Shown one piece after another: positions 38,156 through 48,186 of a stretch of 64,000 nucleotides of DNA. Position 1 is the stretch's first letter. The number at the start of each line of letters is the position of its first letter. The stretch lies in the IMG/VR virus record IMGVR_UViG_3300047316_000072, positions 5,983 through 69,982 of that record; one strand, 5' to 3'. The translations under genes and the position numbers were made by a program. The DNA is from a virus. The notes beneath the pieces are model-generated. The model was not told the origin of the DNA, searched no databases, and saw only the letters and a list, made by a program, of their open reading frames with translations.

Positions 38156-39712
38156 TCACGTCTCCAGCTTGTAACCTATCTTGATGTTGTTGGCGCCTGA
38201 CACAGTCCAATTACTTCCTGTGTCAGGATCGAGTATATAGATGTCTGACGTGTAGAACCAGCTGGAGTTCAGAGTGAACACAGTACCTGCAGCGTCTGTT
38301 GCCCCGCTCCTAAGATGCTGAGTCATTGTATGTGGGTTGGCATCGTCCTTCTTGTACGCTCCAATCACCTGAATGCCGATGATGTTCAGAGTACTTGGAA
38401 TAGTGGAGTCACAATTGAACAGATCCTCTTGCCCTGGAGTGATCGACGTGTTGTATGTCATGTCCCCATCAAAGACTACTTCATTCACGTTCTGAGCGTT
38501 CATCGTGGAGATCATACCGATGCCGGGACTTCCAATCCCGTTATACGCACCACCTCCTGCTGCCGATGCTGGGAAAGACCCTGTGTATGCAACACCAAAC
38601 TGCTCAGCTGCTCTAACGTAGCTTACGTCACCAAAGCCTCCCAGAGATACACCCACGTCAGAATGAATAGCCGTCCAGTATACAGTACCTTTAACGATTG
38701 TCATCCCACTAATAGGTATGTATAAGTCTCCAGCAGTAGGATTCACTACTTCCGTCCCTTGGACTAGTAAGTTATCAGGGTTGCCTCCCGAGTCAGTGTA
38801 AAGAGCCGCGTTTATTCGAGCTATAGTATCTGTCATCACAAACACGTGGATGCTTGTAAGGGTACCAGTATGTGCAGCTCTCATCGCGACATAGTTAATG
38901 ACGTGGCTGCTCCCTCCTCCAGGTCCCCAGCTGCCTCCTGGAATGTATGGAGTGGCATAGTCAAAGTAGGGCATGTGAGGATTGGTCCACTGGACCGAAA
39001 AGTCAGATGACGGGTACAACGTTAGAGCTCGGGTGTCTCCTACCCATGAATTATTAGCGTAAGCACCTGGGTCTGAATCTGTAGTGCTATTGACGTGGAG
39101 ATCGTCGATCGTCGCATACCCTCCAGCTATGATAAACCTGTTGAATGACATAGCTGCAGGAGGAGTCGATGGAGGGTTTCCTGGATCGTGGAAGTTACCC
39201 GGAACGTCGATCATGCCTAGTATGGGCTGGTTGTTGATCCTGACGGAGACCTTACCGCCGCCTGCAGCCGATCCTACCGTAACCATGATCTCTAAGTAGA
39301 ACCATGAATTGGAGGCAAAGATTCCATTGACGGTGGAAGCTACTATGTGGTTCTGGTAGTCGGCAATGTAAATCTGGCCGCTCCCACCTGTGAACCCTAC
39401 AGTAGCTACGTTTCTTGGATTGGTAGGGTTACTAAAGGTATCCTGAAACTGTACTGACAGGTCTGTACTCACGCCCGTGTCCAGCTTTGCCGCGAAGCCT
39501 ACTACTCCTCCAGCAAGGTTCACATTGACATGACCGTAAAGGGATGCAATGCTCGACAAGTACAGAGCCTGCCCGTAATTGAATCTGGTGTCAGTACCAT
39601 CCACGAAGTTGCTAAAGCTGAAGCCTCCTGACCACTTCAGTCTCCCCTCGCGGAGGAGCATATCGTCAATGCTACCATAATGGTCAAAGCTTTCAAAGCA
39701 GATAAGGCTCAT
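38156..39712 (-). CDS. minor tail protein (paralog C)
   Basis: FESFDHY...DPDTGSNWT, similar to paralogs A and B. Confidence 0.7.
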   Translation of the reverse strand: MSLICFESFDHYGSIDDMLLREGRLKWSGGFSFSNFVDGTDTRFNYGQALYLSSIASLYGHVNVNLAGGVVGFAAKLDTGVSTDLSVQFQDTFSNPTNPRNVATVGFTGGSGQIYIADYQNHIVASTVNGIFASNSWFYLEIMVTVGSAAGGGKVSVRINNQPILGMIDVPGNFHDPGNPPSTPPAAMSFNRFIIAGGYATIDDLHVNSTTDSDPGAYANNSWVGDTRALTLYPSSDFSVQWTNPHMPYFDYATPYIPGGSWGPGGGSSHVINYVAMRAAHTGTLTSIHVFVMTDTIARINAALYTDSGGNPDNLLVQGTEVVNPTAGDLYIPISGMTIVKGTVYWTAIHSDVGVSLGGFGDVSYVRAAEQFGVAYTGSFPASAAGGGAYNGIGSPGIGMISTMNAQNVNEVVFDGDMTYNTSITPGQEDLFNCDSTIPSTLNIIGIQVIGAYKKDDANPHTMTQHLRSGATDAAGTVFTLNSSWFYTSDIYILDPDTGSNWTVSGANNIKIGYKLET

Positions 39713-42699
39713 CCCATTCGGCTCCCCGGCAACATCACAGTACCATTCCTATACACGTTCCTCATGTACCCGTACATCTGCTGAGAGGCGTGTGCCATGA
39801 TGTTCTGGACTGAGTTGCGGCTAAGCCCAGTGTTACCAGTCATAGAGATGTTAGGTTGGAAGTTCAACGCAATGGGATTGTGAGGTCCTGTACCTTGTAA
39901 TTGCCCTCTGAGCCCGCTTGCAAAGTCAGCAGGAACAACCATCTCGTTCTTATGGATCTGAGCCACCATGTCTCGAGGGACATTCCATGCACCAACATCC
40001 ATCGCGGCCATAGCCACATACGGCTGGAGTGCTGCGACCGTAGAGGCTGCTGCTGCAGGGGCTGCGGCTGCTCCTGCGATAGGAATGGCAGCGACAGATG
40101 CAGCAGCTCCCGTAGCGGCCACGCCTACCTGAGACTCCGCCCTTGCCACGTCAGTTGTTGACGTTGCCATGGCAGTTTCGGCATCAGCTCCTGACTGTTC
40201 AGTTGTTCTAGTTGCAGTCCCTGCCGTTGTAGCTCCCGTCATCCCAAGTTCAGTGGCAATCCACTTGAACAGTCTGAACAGGAATCCTCCAGTCTCCTTA
40301 GAAGTTGCAGCTGCCTGAATGCCGGTTCGGGCTGTCGTACCTGCAGCCGTAGCAGCTGTCTTACCTGCCTCAGCCGTGCTGGTAGCAGTTACCTCCTTCA
40401 GACGGTCGATGATCCAGTGGCCGAGCATCTTCAAGGACCACGTGATGATCTTGTTCATCGTGGCTTCAATGACCGACCCTATACTCCTCATGGCGCTCTG
40501 CTGACCGGTGACCATCTTGGTAATGCTAGTACCAAGCTCGGTTGCAATTGAGTCTGATACTGACTGCCAGGCTCTCTTGACTGCAGTAGCTTCCTGGAGC
40601 TGGATCTTCTGCGTCTCCTCCGCAAAAGACTGCATCTCCTTCTTCTCAGCGTCAAGGGCTGCCGCCATACTACGAGGGTTGACAGCATCTTCCTGCTGCT
40701 TCTTAATCGCAGTCATAGCCTCTTCGTGAGACTCTTTGACCTGATTAAGCTGCTCTTCGAAGGCGCTAGTATCCGCTGAGCTGAACCCTAACAGATCCAG
40801 TAGGCTGAACTTAGTACCTCCGGTTTGGAATGACCGGAGCCTTGCCGCCATACGGTCTACTGACCGTGTAATAGCCTCCTGTGTCCTAGCTGCGTCGGCA
40901 GCAATCGCAGCCTCTTGCTTAGCCTCCCTGTTGGCTATTTCAATCCGCTTCAGAGCCTCTGCTTGGTACTGCTTGCTACGCTCACCGTACTTCTGCTTCA
41001 GGTAAGCAAGGAGCTGATCTTCAAGCGCCAGCTGCTCTTTGTAGTTACCGTCTGCTGCCGCTATCTGTTGGCGGAGACCCTCCTTAGTCATATCAACGCC
41101 AGCAGCTGTATGCCGGTGGAGGAGCTCCTCACGCTTCAGAAGGACTGACTGGTACTGTGTTGAGTCCACATCATAGAGGGCCTTAGTGTCTGCCAGCCAC
41201 TGCTCGTAGATTGCCTTTTGCTTACTTACGTTCCCTTTTGCATCTACAATCTGCTGCTCGTACTTCAGACTCTGAATGCGGTACGACTCAGTAGCCGCCG
41301 CATGCTCAGCCTCTGCAACTTTATGGACGGCTGCGACTGCTTCAGCACTACCCTCATGGTAGTACGCAAGAGTCTCAGCAAGGTTCCTCCGTGCTATCTC
41401 TACCTTATCTTTGGCAGTCTTAGCAGTAGCTTCTGCCAGATCTATCTCTGCCTGCTTCGCACGGTGAGCAACAGTTTCCGTAGTCAGATGTACTTCATTC
41501 AGCTTCTGCTCAGCAGTAGCTACAGCTTCCGTTGCCGCAGCAATCGCCGCCTCGTTGCCATCCTTCTGAGCACGGTTCAGAGCTGCCTTAGCATCCTCAA
41601 GCTCCATTGTAAGCTGTCGACGCTTATTCAAACCTACGTTCAGCTTGTCGACAGCATTCTGCTCTTGTTGAATCTGAGGATCGAGCTTGAGATCAGGCAT
41701 CTTGGGCAGCTCGGGCATAGGTGCCAGAGGAGCACCGCCCTCCCCAAGCATGGCCTGATCTCTCATCCATTGCCGAAGTGCTATGTCGGCGTTGATGATC
41801 GCCCTACCGTACTCTCCAAACCTCCTTGCGGCTGCCTGAATGACAGCGTCAAACACCGCCTGGTCATGTCCAGCCGCAGCAGCATCAGCAACGTACTGCT
41901 TGAGACTTTGACCTGAGGCAGTTGTTTGATTGTCTAGCAGGTGGTACTTATTAGCCCACTCTTCAGTAGCTTTACTCCCCTTCGCAAAGACCTCAACAAG
42001 CTTCTCGGTAGTCTTGCCTACATCCTGTTTGTTTAGCTTGGCAAATTCAACGCCAAGGTCTTGGATCTTTGTCCTGAATTGCTCAGCAGCAGGAGGCAGA
42101 TTACCTAGAGCCCTCTCTACATCCCGGGTCTCGCCGGGCCACAGATCCAACTCTTCGCGTGAGTGCTTGATACTAGCATTGATCCGCTCAATGGCATCGG
42201 TACCGGCAGTACCCATGATGACCATTTCATTAGCGGTCACCTTGATTGCGTTGGTAGTAGCAATCCACTCGTACGCCAGATACGCGACTGCACCTGCCGC
42301 AGCACCGGCAGCTACAACCATCCCTCCGAGTGCAGCGTTAGCCGCCAGCATCTTGGTAACGACGGATGCCAACGTACCATCAAACTGACGCCAGCGTCCT
42401 GCTAACGTCTCGTCAAGCATAGCTGACAGCTTCCTAGCTGCCAAGTCAGCGCTAATCCCAAGACCGCCAATCTTGCTCGCAAGGCCGCCAGCTGCAGTCC
42501 CAGCAGCTGTAGCTCCATGAGTTACAGCAGCACCAGCCCTAGTAGCAGCAGCACCAGTAGCGTTGAACGCAGCCTGAGCCTGAGCTTGGGACGCTGTAAC
42601 ACCAGCAGCAAACGACTGAGCTGCCTGAGCAGCCTGGTTCATTGCAGCTTGGAAGGCAGCAATGTCAGCAGTTAAGGTAGCGTTTACGTTCCCAGACAT
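39709..42699 (-). CDS. tape measure protein
   Basis: 996 aa, Ala-rich and helical, follows the tail chaperones. Confidence 0.9.
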   Translation of the reverse strand: MSGNVNATLTADIAAFQAAMNQAAQAAQSFAAGVTASQAQAQAAFNATGAAATRAGAAVTHGATAAGTAAGGLASKIGGLGISADLAARKLSAMLDETLAGRWRQFDGTLASVVTKMLAANAALGGMVVAAGAAAGAVAYLAYEWIATTNAIKVTANEMVIMGTAGTDAIERINASIKHSREELDLWPGETRDVERALGNLPPAAEQFRTKIQDLGVEFAKLNKQDVGKTTEKLVEVFAKGSKATEEWANKYHLLDNQTTASGQSLKQYVADAAAAGHDQAVFDAVIQAAARRFGEYGRAIINADIALRQWMRDQAMLGEGGAPLAPMPELPKMPDLKLDPQIQQEQNAVDKLNVGLNKRRQLTMELEDAKAALNRAQKDGNEAAIAAATEAVATAEQKLNEVHLTTETVAHRAKQAEIDLAEATAKTAKDKVEIARRNLAETLAYYHEGSAEAVAAVHKVAEAEHAAATESYRIQSLKYEQQIVDAKGNVSKQKAIYEQWLADTKALYDVDSTQYQSVLLKREELLHRHTAAGVDMTKEGLRQQIAAADGNYKEQLALEDQLLAYLKQKYGERSKQYQAEALKRIEIANREAKQEAAIAADAARTQEAITRSVDRMAARLRSFQTGGTKFSLLDLLGFSSADTSAFEEQLNQVKESHEEAMTAIKKQQEDAVNPRSMAAALDAEKKEMQSFAEETQKIQLQEATAVKRAWQSVSDSIATELGTSITKMVTGQQSAMRSIGSVIEATMNKIITWSLKMLGHWIIDRLKEVTATSTAEAGKTAATAAGTTARTGIQAAATSKETGGFLFRLFKWIATELGMTGATTAGTATRTTEQSGADAETAMATSTTDVARAESQVGVAATGAAASVAAIPIAGAAAAPAAAASTVAALQPYVAMAAMDVGAWNVPRDMVAQIHKNEMVVPADFASGLRGQLQGTGPHNPIALNFQPNISMTGNTGLSRNSVQNIMAHASQQMYGYMRNVYRNGTVMLPGSRMG

Positions 42700-42709
42700 C
42701 GTCTAACCC

Positions 42710-43413
42710 TTACCCTCTGACCACACCACCGTGTGCACTGATGAACTCGAACAACTCTTTGCCCCTGATAGCCTTAACAGCAGCACCGGTGCTCATGCCT
42801 ACAGATTTACCCTGCTCCCTCATGTGACCGAGGAAGCCATGACTAGCAGCGAGTATAACGCTAGCAGGAGGCACCTTCCGCCAGTACTCACGGAGCGACA
42901 TGAGCCTGGGAAGGGTGATCGATTCTTCAACACGATCCCAGTCCCCTCCACAGATCCCCAGCGCCGTCAGTTCGGCCGTAATGCTGTCCCAGTCTCCGTC
43001 GAAACCAACGGGGTCACTATCACTGGTGTCAGTATCTGACCCGCCGCCCCGTTCGGCGGGATCTCTTCCCCCGCGAGGAAGCCCGATATCCCGAGGTACT
43101 GATTGAATTTGTTCGTGAGGTCTTCGACTTGCTCACGCGTCATGTTGTCTTCTGCTTCCTGCACCTTGATGCCTGCAGCAGTACACAACAGCTCTACAAT
43201 AGCGTCGATCCGCTCTGTATGGATCTGCATGAACGCTTCATTGCCGGCTTTCTCAGCACTGCCAGCATCTCTGATCAGCTCCTGCATTCTGGTTGCTGCG
43301 TTGGTGATCTTAGGCAGCATTGCCCAGATCTTCTTCAGCATCTTCAGAGGTGCTGGCTTGATCTCGTACTTCTTTTCACCTACCTCTAGGATTAACGTGC
43401 TACTACCGCTCAT
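42710..43413 (-). CDS. tail assembly chaperone, -1 frameshift (gpGT-like) product
   Basis: GGGGGAA slippery site at 43066-43072; the -1 frame is open to 42710 and reads DWDSI..WDRVEESITLPRL..YW..PP. Confidence 0.8.
42967..43413 (-). CDS. tail assembly chaperone (gpG-like)
   Basis: AGGAG SD; lies between the tail tube and tape measure genes. Confidence 0.8.
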   Translation of the reverse strand: MSGSSTLILEVGEKKYEIKPAPLKMLKKIWAMLPKITNAATRMQELIRDAGSAEKAGNEAFMQIHTERIDAIVELLCTAAGIKVQEAEDNMTREQVEDLTNKFNQYLGISGFLAGEEIPPNGAAGQILTPVIVTPLVSTETGTALRPN

Positions 43414-43552
43414 TTTTATTCTCCTATCAACACAACCTGCCCGTATTTCGGGGGTGAAACTCATGTCGCGGGACGCGGCCAGGAGGGCAGCATCCTACGG
43501 GTATTCAGACGAGGGCCTCCTCCAGGCCCTGTCCAGTAGTTGTGCCTCCTGT

Positions 43553-44284
43553 TTACTGTGACGTGCTGAACTGATAAACCTGTCCACCACCTGTCGCATA
43601 GGCAGTAAAGTCAAGTTCGGGGATCATGTAGTCATCCAGCTTGGAAGCAAACCCCAGCTTGGTACTCGCACAGGCGTACAAGACCAACGTCATCGTGTTG
43701 TTCTCGTACTTCTCCGTGAAGATCGCCTGGAATCGGGGACTGAAGCCCATCAATTGGTTCTGAACCAAGATGGTCTGCCCTCCCGTGGTACTTGAATACG
43801 CGTAGTCAAAGAGCATAGGTTTCCCACTATCCCCTGAGAAGAACGTATAAACACCTCCAGTGGCTACCTGATAGGTCCCTACCACAGTAGGCGCCACGGC
43901 CACTAAGTTCAACGGGAATCCAGTGCTCTGATACCTCACGCCGAGGTCAAAGAGGAAGTTGGTGCCATTGGCCGCGGTATAGGAGGTAGCTACCGGCGTA
44001 CCCACCTCATCGTTGGCAATCAGAGTCTGTCCGACGGTAGGAGTGGTACCGAAGAACAGGTTGCTGAACTGGACCGCGCTGATCTGGGCCAGCTTAGCCT
44101 TTCCTACAATCTTCGTCTTGCCTCTCGCCGTGTCAATAGGGAACGTGTACTGTGAGAACAGCTCTTTCTGCTCACCATCAAAGTCAATGGTGACATCTTG
44201 GAGTGCACCAAACCTTACAGGAGTGGCGTTGGCTACGTCTGTCCGGAGGCCCCACAGGAGTCCGGAACCAAAAGCGAACTGCAT
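43553..44284 (-). CDS. major tail tube protein
   Basis: FGSG..FGALQDV.IDF..KEL..FPID.ARGK; synteny. Confidence 0.8.
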   Translation of the reverse strand: MQFAFGSGLLWGLRTDVANATPVRFGALQDVTIDFDGEQKELFSQYTFPIDTARGKTKIVGKAKLAQISAVQFSNLFFGTTPTVGQTLIANDEVGTPVATSYTAANGTNFLFDLGVRYQSTGFPLNLVAVAPTVVGTYQVATGGVYTFFSGDSGKPMLFDYAYSSTTGGQTILVQNQLMGFSPRFQAIFTEKYENNTMTLVLYACASTKLGFASKLDDYMIPELDFTAYATGGGQVYQFSTSQ

Positions 44285-44299
44285 CTGTTTATCCTTTCC

Positions 44300-44557
44300 T
44301 TACTTGCCTGGTACCAGAGCCTTCAGGTCTCTCGCGAGTACAGCGAGCCTCAAGTGTAGGTAGTTGAACGCCTCAGTGTCCCGACTGAGGATGGAATTGT
44401 AGACGTTCTGGACTTCCCACTTACGGATACACTCGTCAACGGGGTCCATCGGGTCCAGTTCGCCTAACTGAGACGCACCTAGTGCAGCAGCGTCTTTCGA
44501 GATGTCCTTTACAGGCGCCATCTGCTCAGCATTGTTTGGATCGGGCGGCTTTGCCAT
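44300..44557 (-). CDS. hypothetical protein
   Basis: AGGAG SD, within the late operon. Confidence 0.7.
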   Translation of the reverse strand: MAKPPDPNNAEQMAPVKDISKDAAALGASQLGELDPMDPVDECIRKWEVQNVYNSILSRDTEAFNYLHLRLAVLARDLKALVPGK

Positions 44558-44574
44558 TTAACGTGCTCCTGTGT

Positions 44575-45096
44575 TTACGGCGCAAGGATCCGGATAGGAT
44601 AGAGCGCTAGCGCTTGTCCTTCCAGATCTCCTGGGTCTTTACGGATCTGCCCTTCGACGTAAATACGGTACACGTTACCGTTCAGGTCGAGGTTATTCTC
44701 CAGCTGATCGTGGATCTGTAACACACCTTCCACAGCATCAATCAGGTTATTGAGGATCACACTTCCTAGGAGTTCATCGGTATCCGCTCGGGCATAGATG
44801 AACAGCATGATGTCCCACTCGGCCCTACGTGGAAGGCCCAGGCCCACATTGAGCGCGCGTTCAGTATGTTCAACCATGTACAGTGCTGGCTGCATCTCTG
44901 GAGGGACTTCATCCCACAGTTTGAGCTTCCTGCTCATCAGATTGAACGGGCCAGTAGGAGCCAACAACGTCTGCAGGATGCCAAACAATCCGCTCATCAC
45001 CAGCTCACGTGACGGCGGAGGGAAGTTCTGGGCTCCTCCACGTCGCGGTGAAGCGGCTGGCCTCAGATCTGGCCTGATGGGGACTGAGTTACTCAC
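44575..45096 (-). CDS. tail terminator-like protein
   Basis: Synteny; QPALY..LNNLIDAVE. Confidence 0.65.
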   Translation of the reverse strand: MSNSVPIRPDLRPAASPRRGGAQNFPPPSRELVMSGLFGILQTLLAPTGPFNLMSRKLKLWDEVPPEMQPALYMVEHTERALNVGLGLPRRAEWDIMLFIYARADTDELLGSVILNNLIDAVEGVLQIHDQLENNLDLNGNVYRIYVEGQIRKDPGDLEGQALALYPIRILAP

Positions 45097-45577
45097 TGAG
45101 GGAATCCACTTCTGCCTGCTTGCATATTGCTAGGAACTCTGCTCTGTGTTGCTGTAGAGTCCCCAGGATAAAATGCTTACCGTGGATTGTGGCTCCTGGC
45201 CAGAACACACTGGCAAAGTAGTCACCGCCTATCGATCCACGCGCTCCAAAGGCAAACTGTAGTGCAGTTCCCTTGACAGGAAGGATCTGATGACCTGGGA
45301 TAGACCCACCAAACTCCTGGATTGCCGCGTACTCCACGCCTGAAGTCTGCAGCCTAACTACTACTGACTTCTCTCCTCCACTGACAGTAGCCGTGATGCT
45401 TTCTGCTAACCTTCCAGAACGTCTCCCTGCTGCTGCTGCAGCAAGGTTACGCATCTCGTTAGCCCACGTCTGTAGGCGAGTCCTGAGCAGAGTAGCCAAC
45501 TTGACATTGGCCTGATTGAACCTAGCAATCAGCTTGTCTTGGCCAGTCAGAGTAATCCTGAAGTTGAAGTCGCTCAT
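45089..45577 (-). CDS. HK97 gp10-like tail completion protein
   Basis: RSGRLAESI..YAAIQEFGG. Confidence 0.75.
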   Translation of the reverse strand: MSDFNFRITLTGQDKLIARFNQANVKLATLLRTRLQTWANEMRNLAAAAAGRRSGRLAESITATVSGGEKSVVVRLQTSGVEYAAIQEFGGSIPGHQILPVKGTALQFAFGARGSIGGDYFASVFWPGATIHGKHFILGTLQQHRAEFLAICKQAEVDSLSE

Positions 45578-46464
45578 TCTGGAATCACATTCTTGTAGGG
45601 CGCAAGGGCCTCAGTCACATATGATGGAAGCCCCGATCCCGGAGCTCCTCCTCCTCCGCCGCCGCTAAGATCGTACGTCACTGATTCCTGTGCGGCAAGA
45701 GATCGACTACGCTGTCCTGGATGTTGGCGTCTGCTGTAACTCAGAGCTACCATCTCCCACGTAGCCTGCTCTATGCCAGCAGGGACATAACTGTAGCTGA
45801 TGGTGACGACTCGTCCTGCATCGACCACTGCAAACTGGTAACCGCCTACTACAAGAGGATCAAGATAGTAAGTGCCACTAGCAACAGGAGGAGTGACAGT
45901 AACAGGTGTGAGATGATTCCCTGTATCGACAAACGTGACGCCGCCGTCCGCAATCCACGCACCATACGGCTGCTGAGTAACATGAGTTGCGCCTGTGGCA
46001 TCGATGGTGTACGTCTCGGTCACAAGATAGCCCGCGACATAGTCAATCTGGCAGTTCAAGTGACCCCTTCGGTAGACAAAACTGTTTAACGCCACACTCT
46101 GGTGACGCCCTGGAGGGATACCGTTCCACGGTTCAAATACCCAGCCCGCACTCGGTGCAGCTCCTGAGTCTGCCGTCATAGGTGCAGGCTGCTGAGATTG
46201 CACAGGAGGGATGACCATGTTGTCCACCTGGACATTGAGCACGCTAGTCACTGGCCAGTATCTGGGAAAGCGATGCTGACTGTTCTCCCCGTTGAAGATG
46301 TCCTTGTAGGGCTGACTGATGAACGAGCCCCTCTCCAGGTAGGCCATGATGTTGCTGCTGGCTGAGTTGATGAACATAGTCAGAGTTGCATCCGTCTGGG
46401 GATTAGTAGGAGACGGGATCCCCATGTAGTCCTTCATTCTCTGCAATGTCGTCAGACCAGCCAT
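45574..46464 (-). CDS. head-tail adaptor
   Basis: LTTLQRMKDY..INSAS..YVAGY..VPAGIEQA..LAPYK. Confidence 0.75.
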   Translation of the reverse strand: MAGLTTLQRMKDYMGIPSPTNPQTDATLTMFINSASSNIMAYLERGSFISQPYKDIFNGENSQHRFPRYWPVTSVLNVQVDNMVIPPVQSQQPAPMTADSGAAPSAGWVFEPWNGIPPGRHQSVALNSFVYRRGHLNCQIDYVAGYLVTETYTIDATGATHVTQQPYGAWIADGGVTFVDTGNHLTPVTVTPPVASGTYYLDPLVVGGYQFAVVDAGRVVTISYSYVPAGIEQATWEMVALSYSRRQHPGQRSRSLAAQESVTYDLSGGGGGGAPGSGLPSYVTEALAPYKNVIPE

Positions 46465-46561
46465 TCGGCGCTCCGTAGTGGTAGTGATTGTGAAGTGGAA
46501 GTGGGCCCCATTTGCTTGGGAGGCTATGGGACCCACCCCCTCATCACGTAGAAGCCGACGT

Positions 46562-48124
46562 TTACGTGATGGAGTTGGCAAGGTTCGAGATCACGCCCAT
46601 GGAGAACGGTGCATACACTGCAAGCACCTCTTCCATGTAGACCCCGTACTCACGCTGTCTGGTGCGCAGTGGCCAGTCAACGCGATAGTAGTCCCGTCGC
46701 AGCAACATCTCTGCCACGTTCGGGATTTCATTGGACTGGTACCAGGGCGGCAGCTTCTCACAGTACCCCAAGATCGTCCCAGGCGGGACATCCGGATGCA
46801 ACTTAACCGGCAGCTTGTAACCGCCGTCCGTTGCAAACGGGTTGTAGTAGTAGTCGATCACGCCACCCGCGACGATGCCATAGGCTTCGCCCGGTGTGGT
46901 AGGCGCCTGGTAGCGCAGCAGTGGCCCACTCGCGCTGGTCAAGCAGCCAGCCGTGATGTTCTTCTGCTCTTGGCTGTTCACGTACAGAACAGTCGGTCCC
47001 AGATTGAACTGATCCCACATGTACTGCAGCATGACGTCGATCTCGTTGATCGAGCCACGCCCACTGGAGTGCAGTCCCTGACCAGCCGTCACGTAGTTGA
47101 CGTACGGGTTGGACGCAGCCTGACCTGAGATCAGGAACGGATCGCTTCCGTTCAAGGCCACAGTAAGCAGTCCGTCAAAGCCCAGAGTCGCGTTGCGGCT
47201 GTTGTCAGCAGTCACCGCAGTTGCGTTCTGACGACCGCCTGCAAGCGGAGCGATGATCGCGACCTGAGAGCTTCCAGTGATTGCCTGGAGAGTCTCGTTA
47301 CCAGCACCCACTCCAAGGTACCAAGCCCACGCTACTGCACCCTGAATGGGAGCAACAGTCGCAGTCAGGATCTGGCCAAGCGTCACCGCCTGGGAGCCCG
47401 CTGCACTCTTCATGCCGCTGCCGCCAGACAAGGTGTACGTCTTGCCATCCGCGCCCGTGACGGACTTGGATGTCGCCACTCCGTTAGCGAGTGAGCTGTT
47501 CTTGTAGCCTTCCAGAGTCAGAGGAACGGCAATCACTGAGTAAGTAGCTGCGGGAAGGGTCCCCGTAGTGCCAGCTACTGCCAGTGTTGGTGCTGCTGCA
47601 GGAGTCCCAAGGAGGAGAGTGGAGTTGCCACCAAGAATGGCAATCTCTTCCTTGCGCATGGTCTTCTGCAACAGACGGAAGGTGACCATGGCGTTCTCGT
47701 CTTCAAACCCCTCAGCCGCAGCTTCGGCTTCAAAGGTCAGGAAGTCTTCCTCGCCAAGGGTGACATAGGAGGCGGCGCAGTTTGCGGTCTGATATGACAT
47801 CGTCCCGCTACGCTGACCTTCTGGCACCCACCCCATCGAATCCCAGCCGGATCCCACGAGCTGTGTGATCCGCTTCCATCGTGCCGCGTCACCAGGATCT
47901 GGCCGCTTTACACGAGGAACCGAGTTGCGGAGAGGAGTGATCGTAGGATAGATGTTCTTCGCAGGTGCCATCAAGTCGTACCATGTCAAACCAGTTGACA
48001 TGGTTACGCCCTTCTGCAGGCTTCGTCCAAAGCGATCGGTCGGTGTGCCCAGTGAACCCTTCATCATTGCCAGGGTTTCCTGAGTGACCGACATCCCGCC
48101 CAATTGACTCCAAGGGTCAGGCAT
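46562..48124 (-). CDS. major capsid protein
   Basis: 520 aa, follows the protease/scaffold gene; C-terminal YGVYMEEVLAVYAP..GVISN. Confidence 0.8.
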   Translation of the reverse strand: MPDPWSQLGGMSVTQETLAMMKGSLGTPTDRFGRSLQKGVTMSTGLTWYDLMAPAKNIYPTITPLRNSVPRVKRPDPGDAARWKRITQLVGSGWDSMGWVPEGQRSGTMSYQTANCAASYVTLGEEDFLTFEAEAAAEGFEDENAMVTFRLLQKTMRKEEIAILGGNSTLLLGTPAAAPTLAVAGTTGTLPAATYSVIAVPLTLEGYKNSSLANGVATSKSVTGADGKTYTLSGGSGMKSAAGSQAVTLGQILTATVAPIQGAVAWAWYLGVGAGNETLQAITGSSQVAIIAPLAGGRQNATAVTADNSRNATLGFDGLLTVALNGSDPFLISGQAASNPYVNYVTAGQGLHSSGRGSINEIDVMLQYMWDQFNLGPTVLYVNSQEQKNITAGCLTSASGPLLRYQAPTTPGEAYGIVAGGVIDYYYNPFATDGGYKLPVKLHPDVPPGTILGYCEKLPPWYQSNEIPNVAEMLLRRDYYRVDWPLRTRQREYGVYMEEVLAVYAPFSMGVISNLANSIT

Positions 48125-48186
48125 TGTCGTATACCTTTCAGGTTAAGTTACACTGCGTATTGTCCGTGAGAGATTGCCGTCCCCGG

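Noticed and set aside
25969-39712. Diversity-generating retroelement acting on tail paralogs
   Set aside because: No reverse transcriptase seen, and I saw no adenine-specific template/variable repeat pair.
46465-46581. N-terminal ORF-track extension of the head-tail adaptor (likewise 9245, 11271, 20580, 21313, 22128 starts)
   Set aside because: They overlap upstream genes or hairpins; downstream starts fit SD position or gene packing better.
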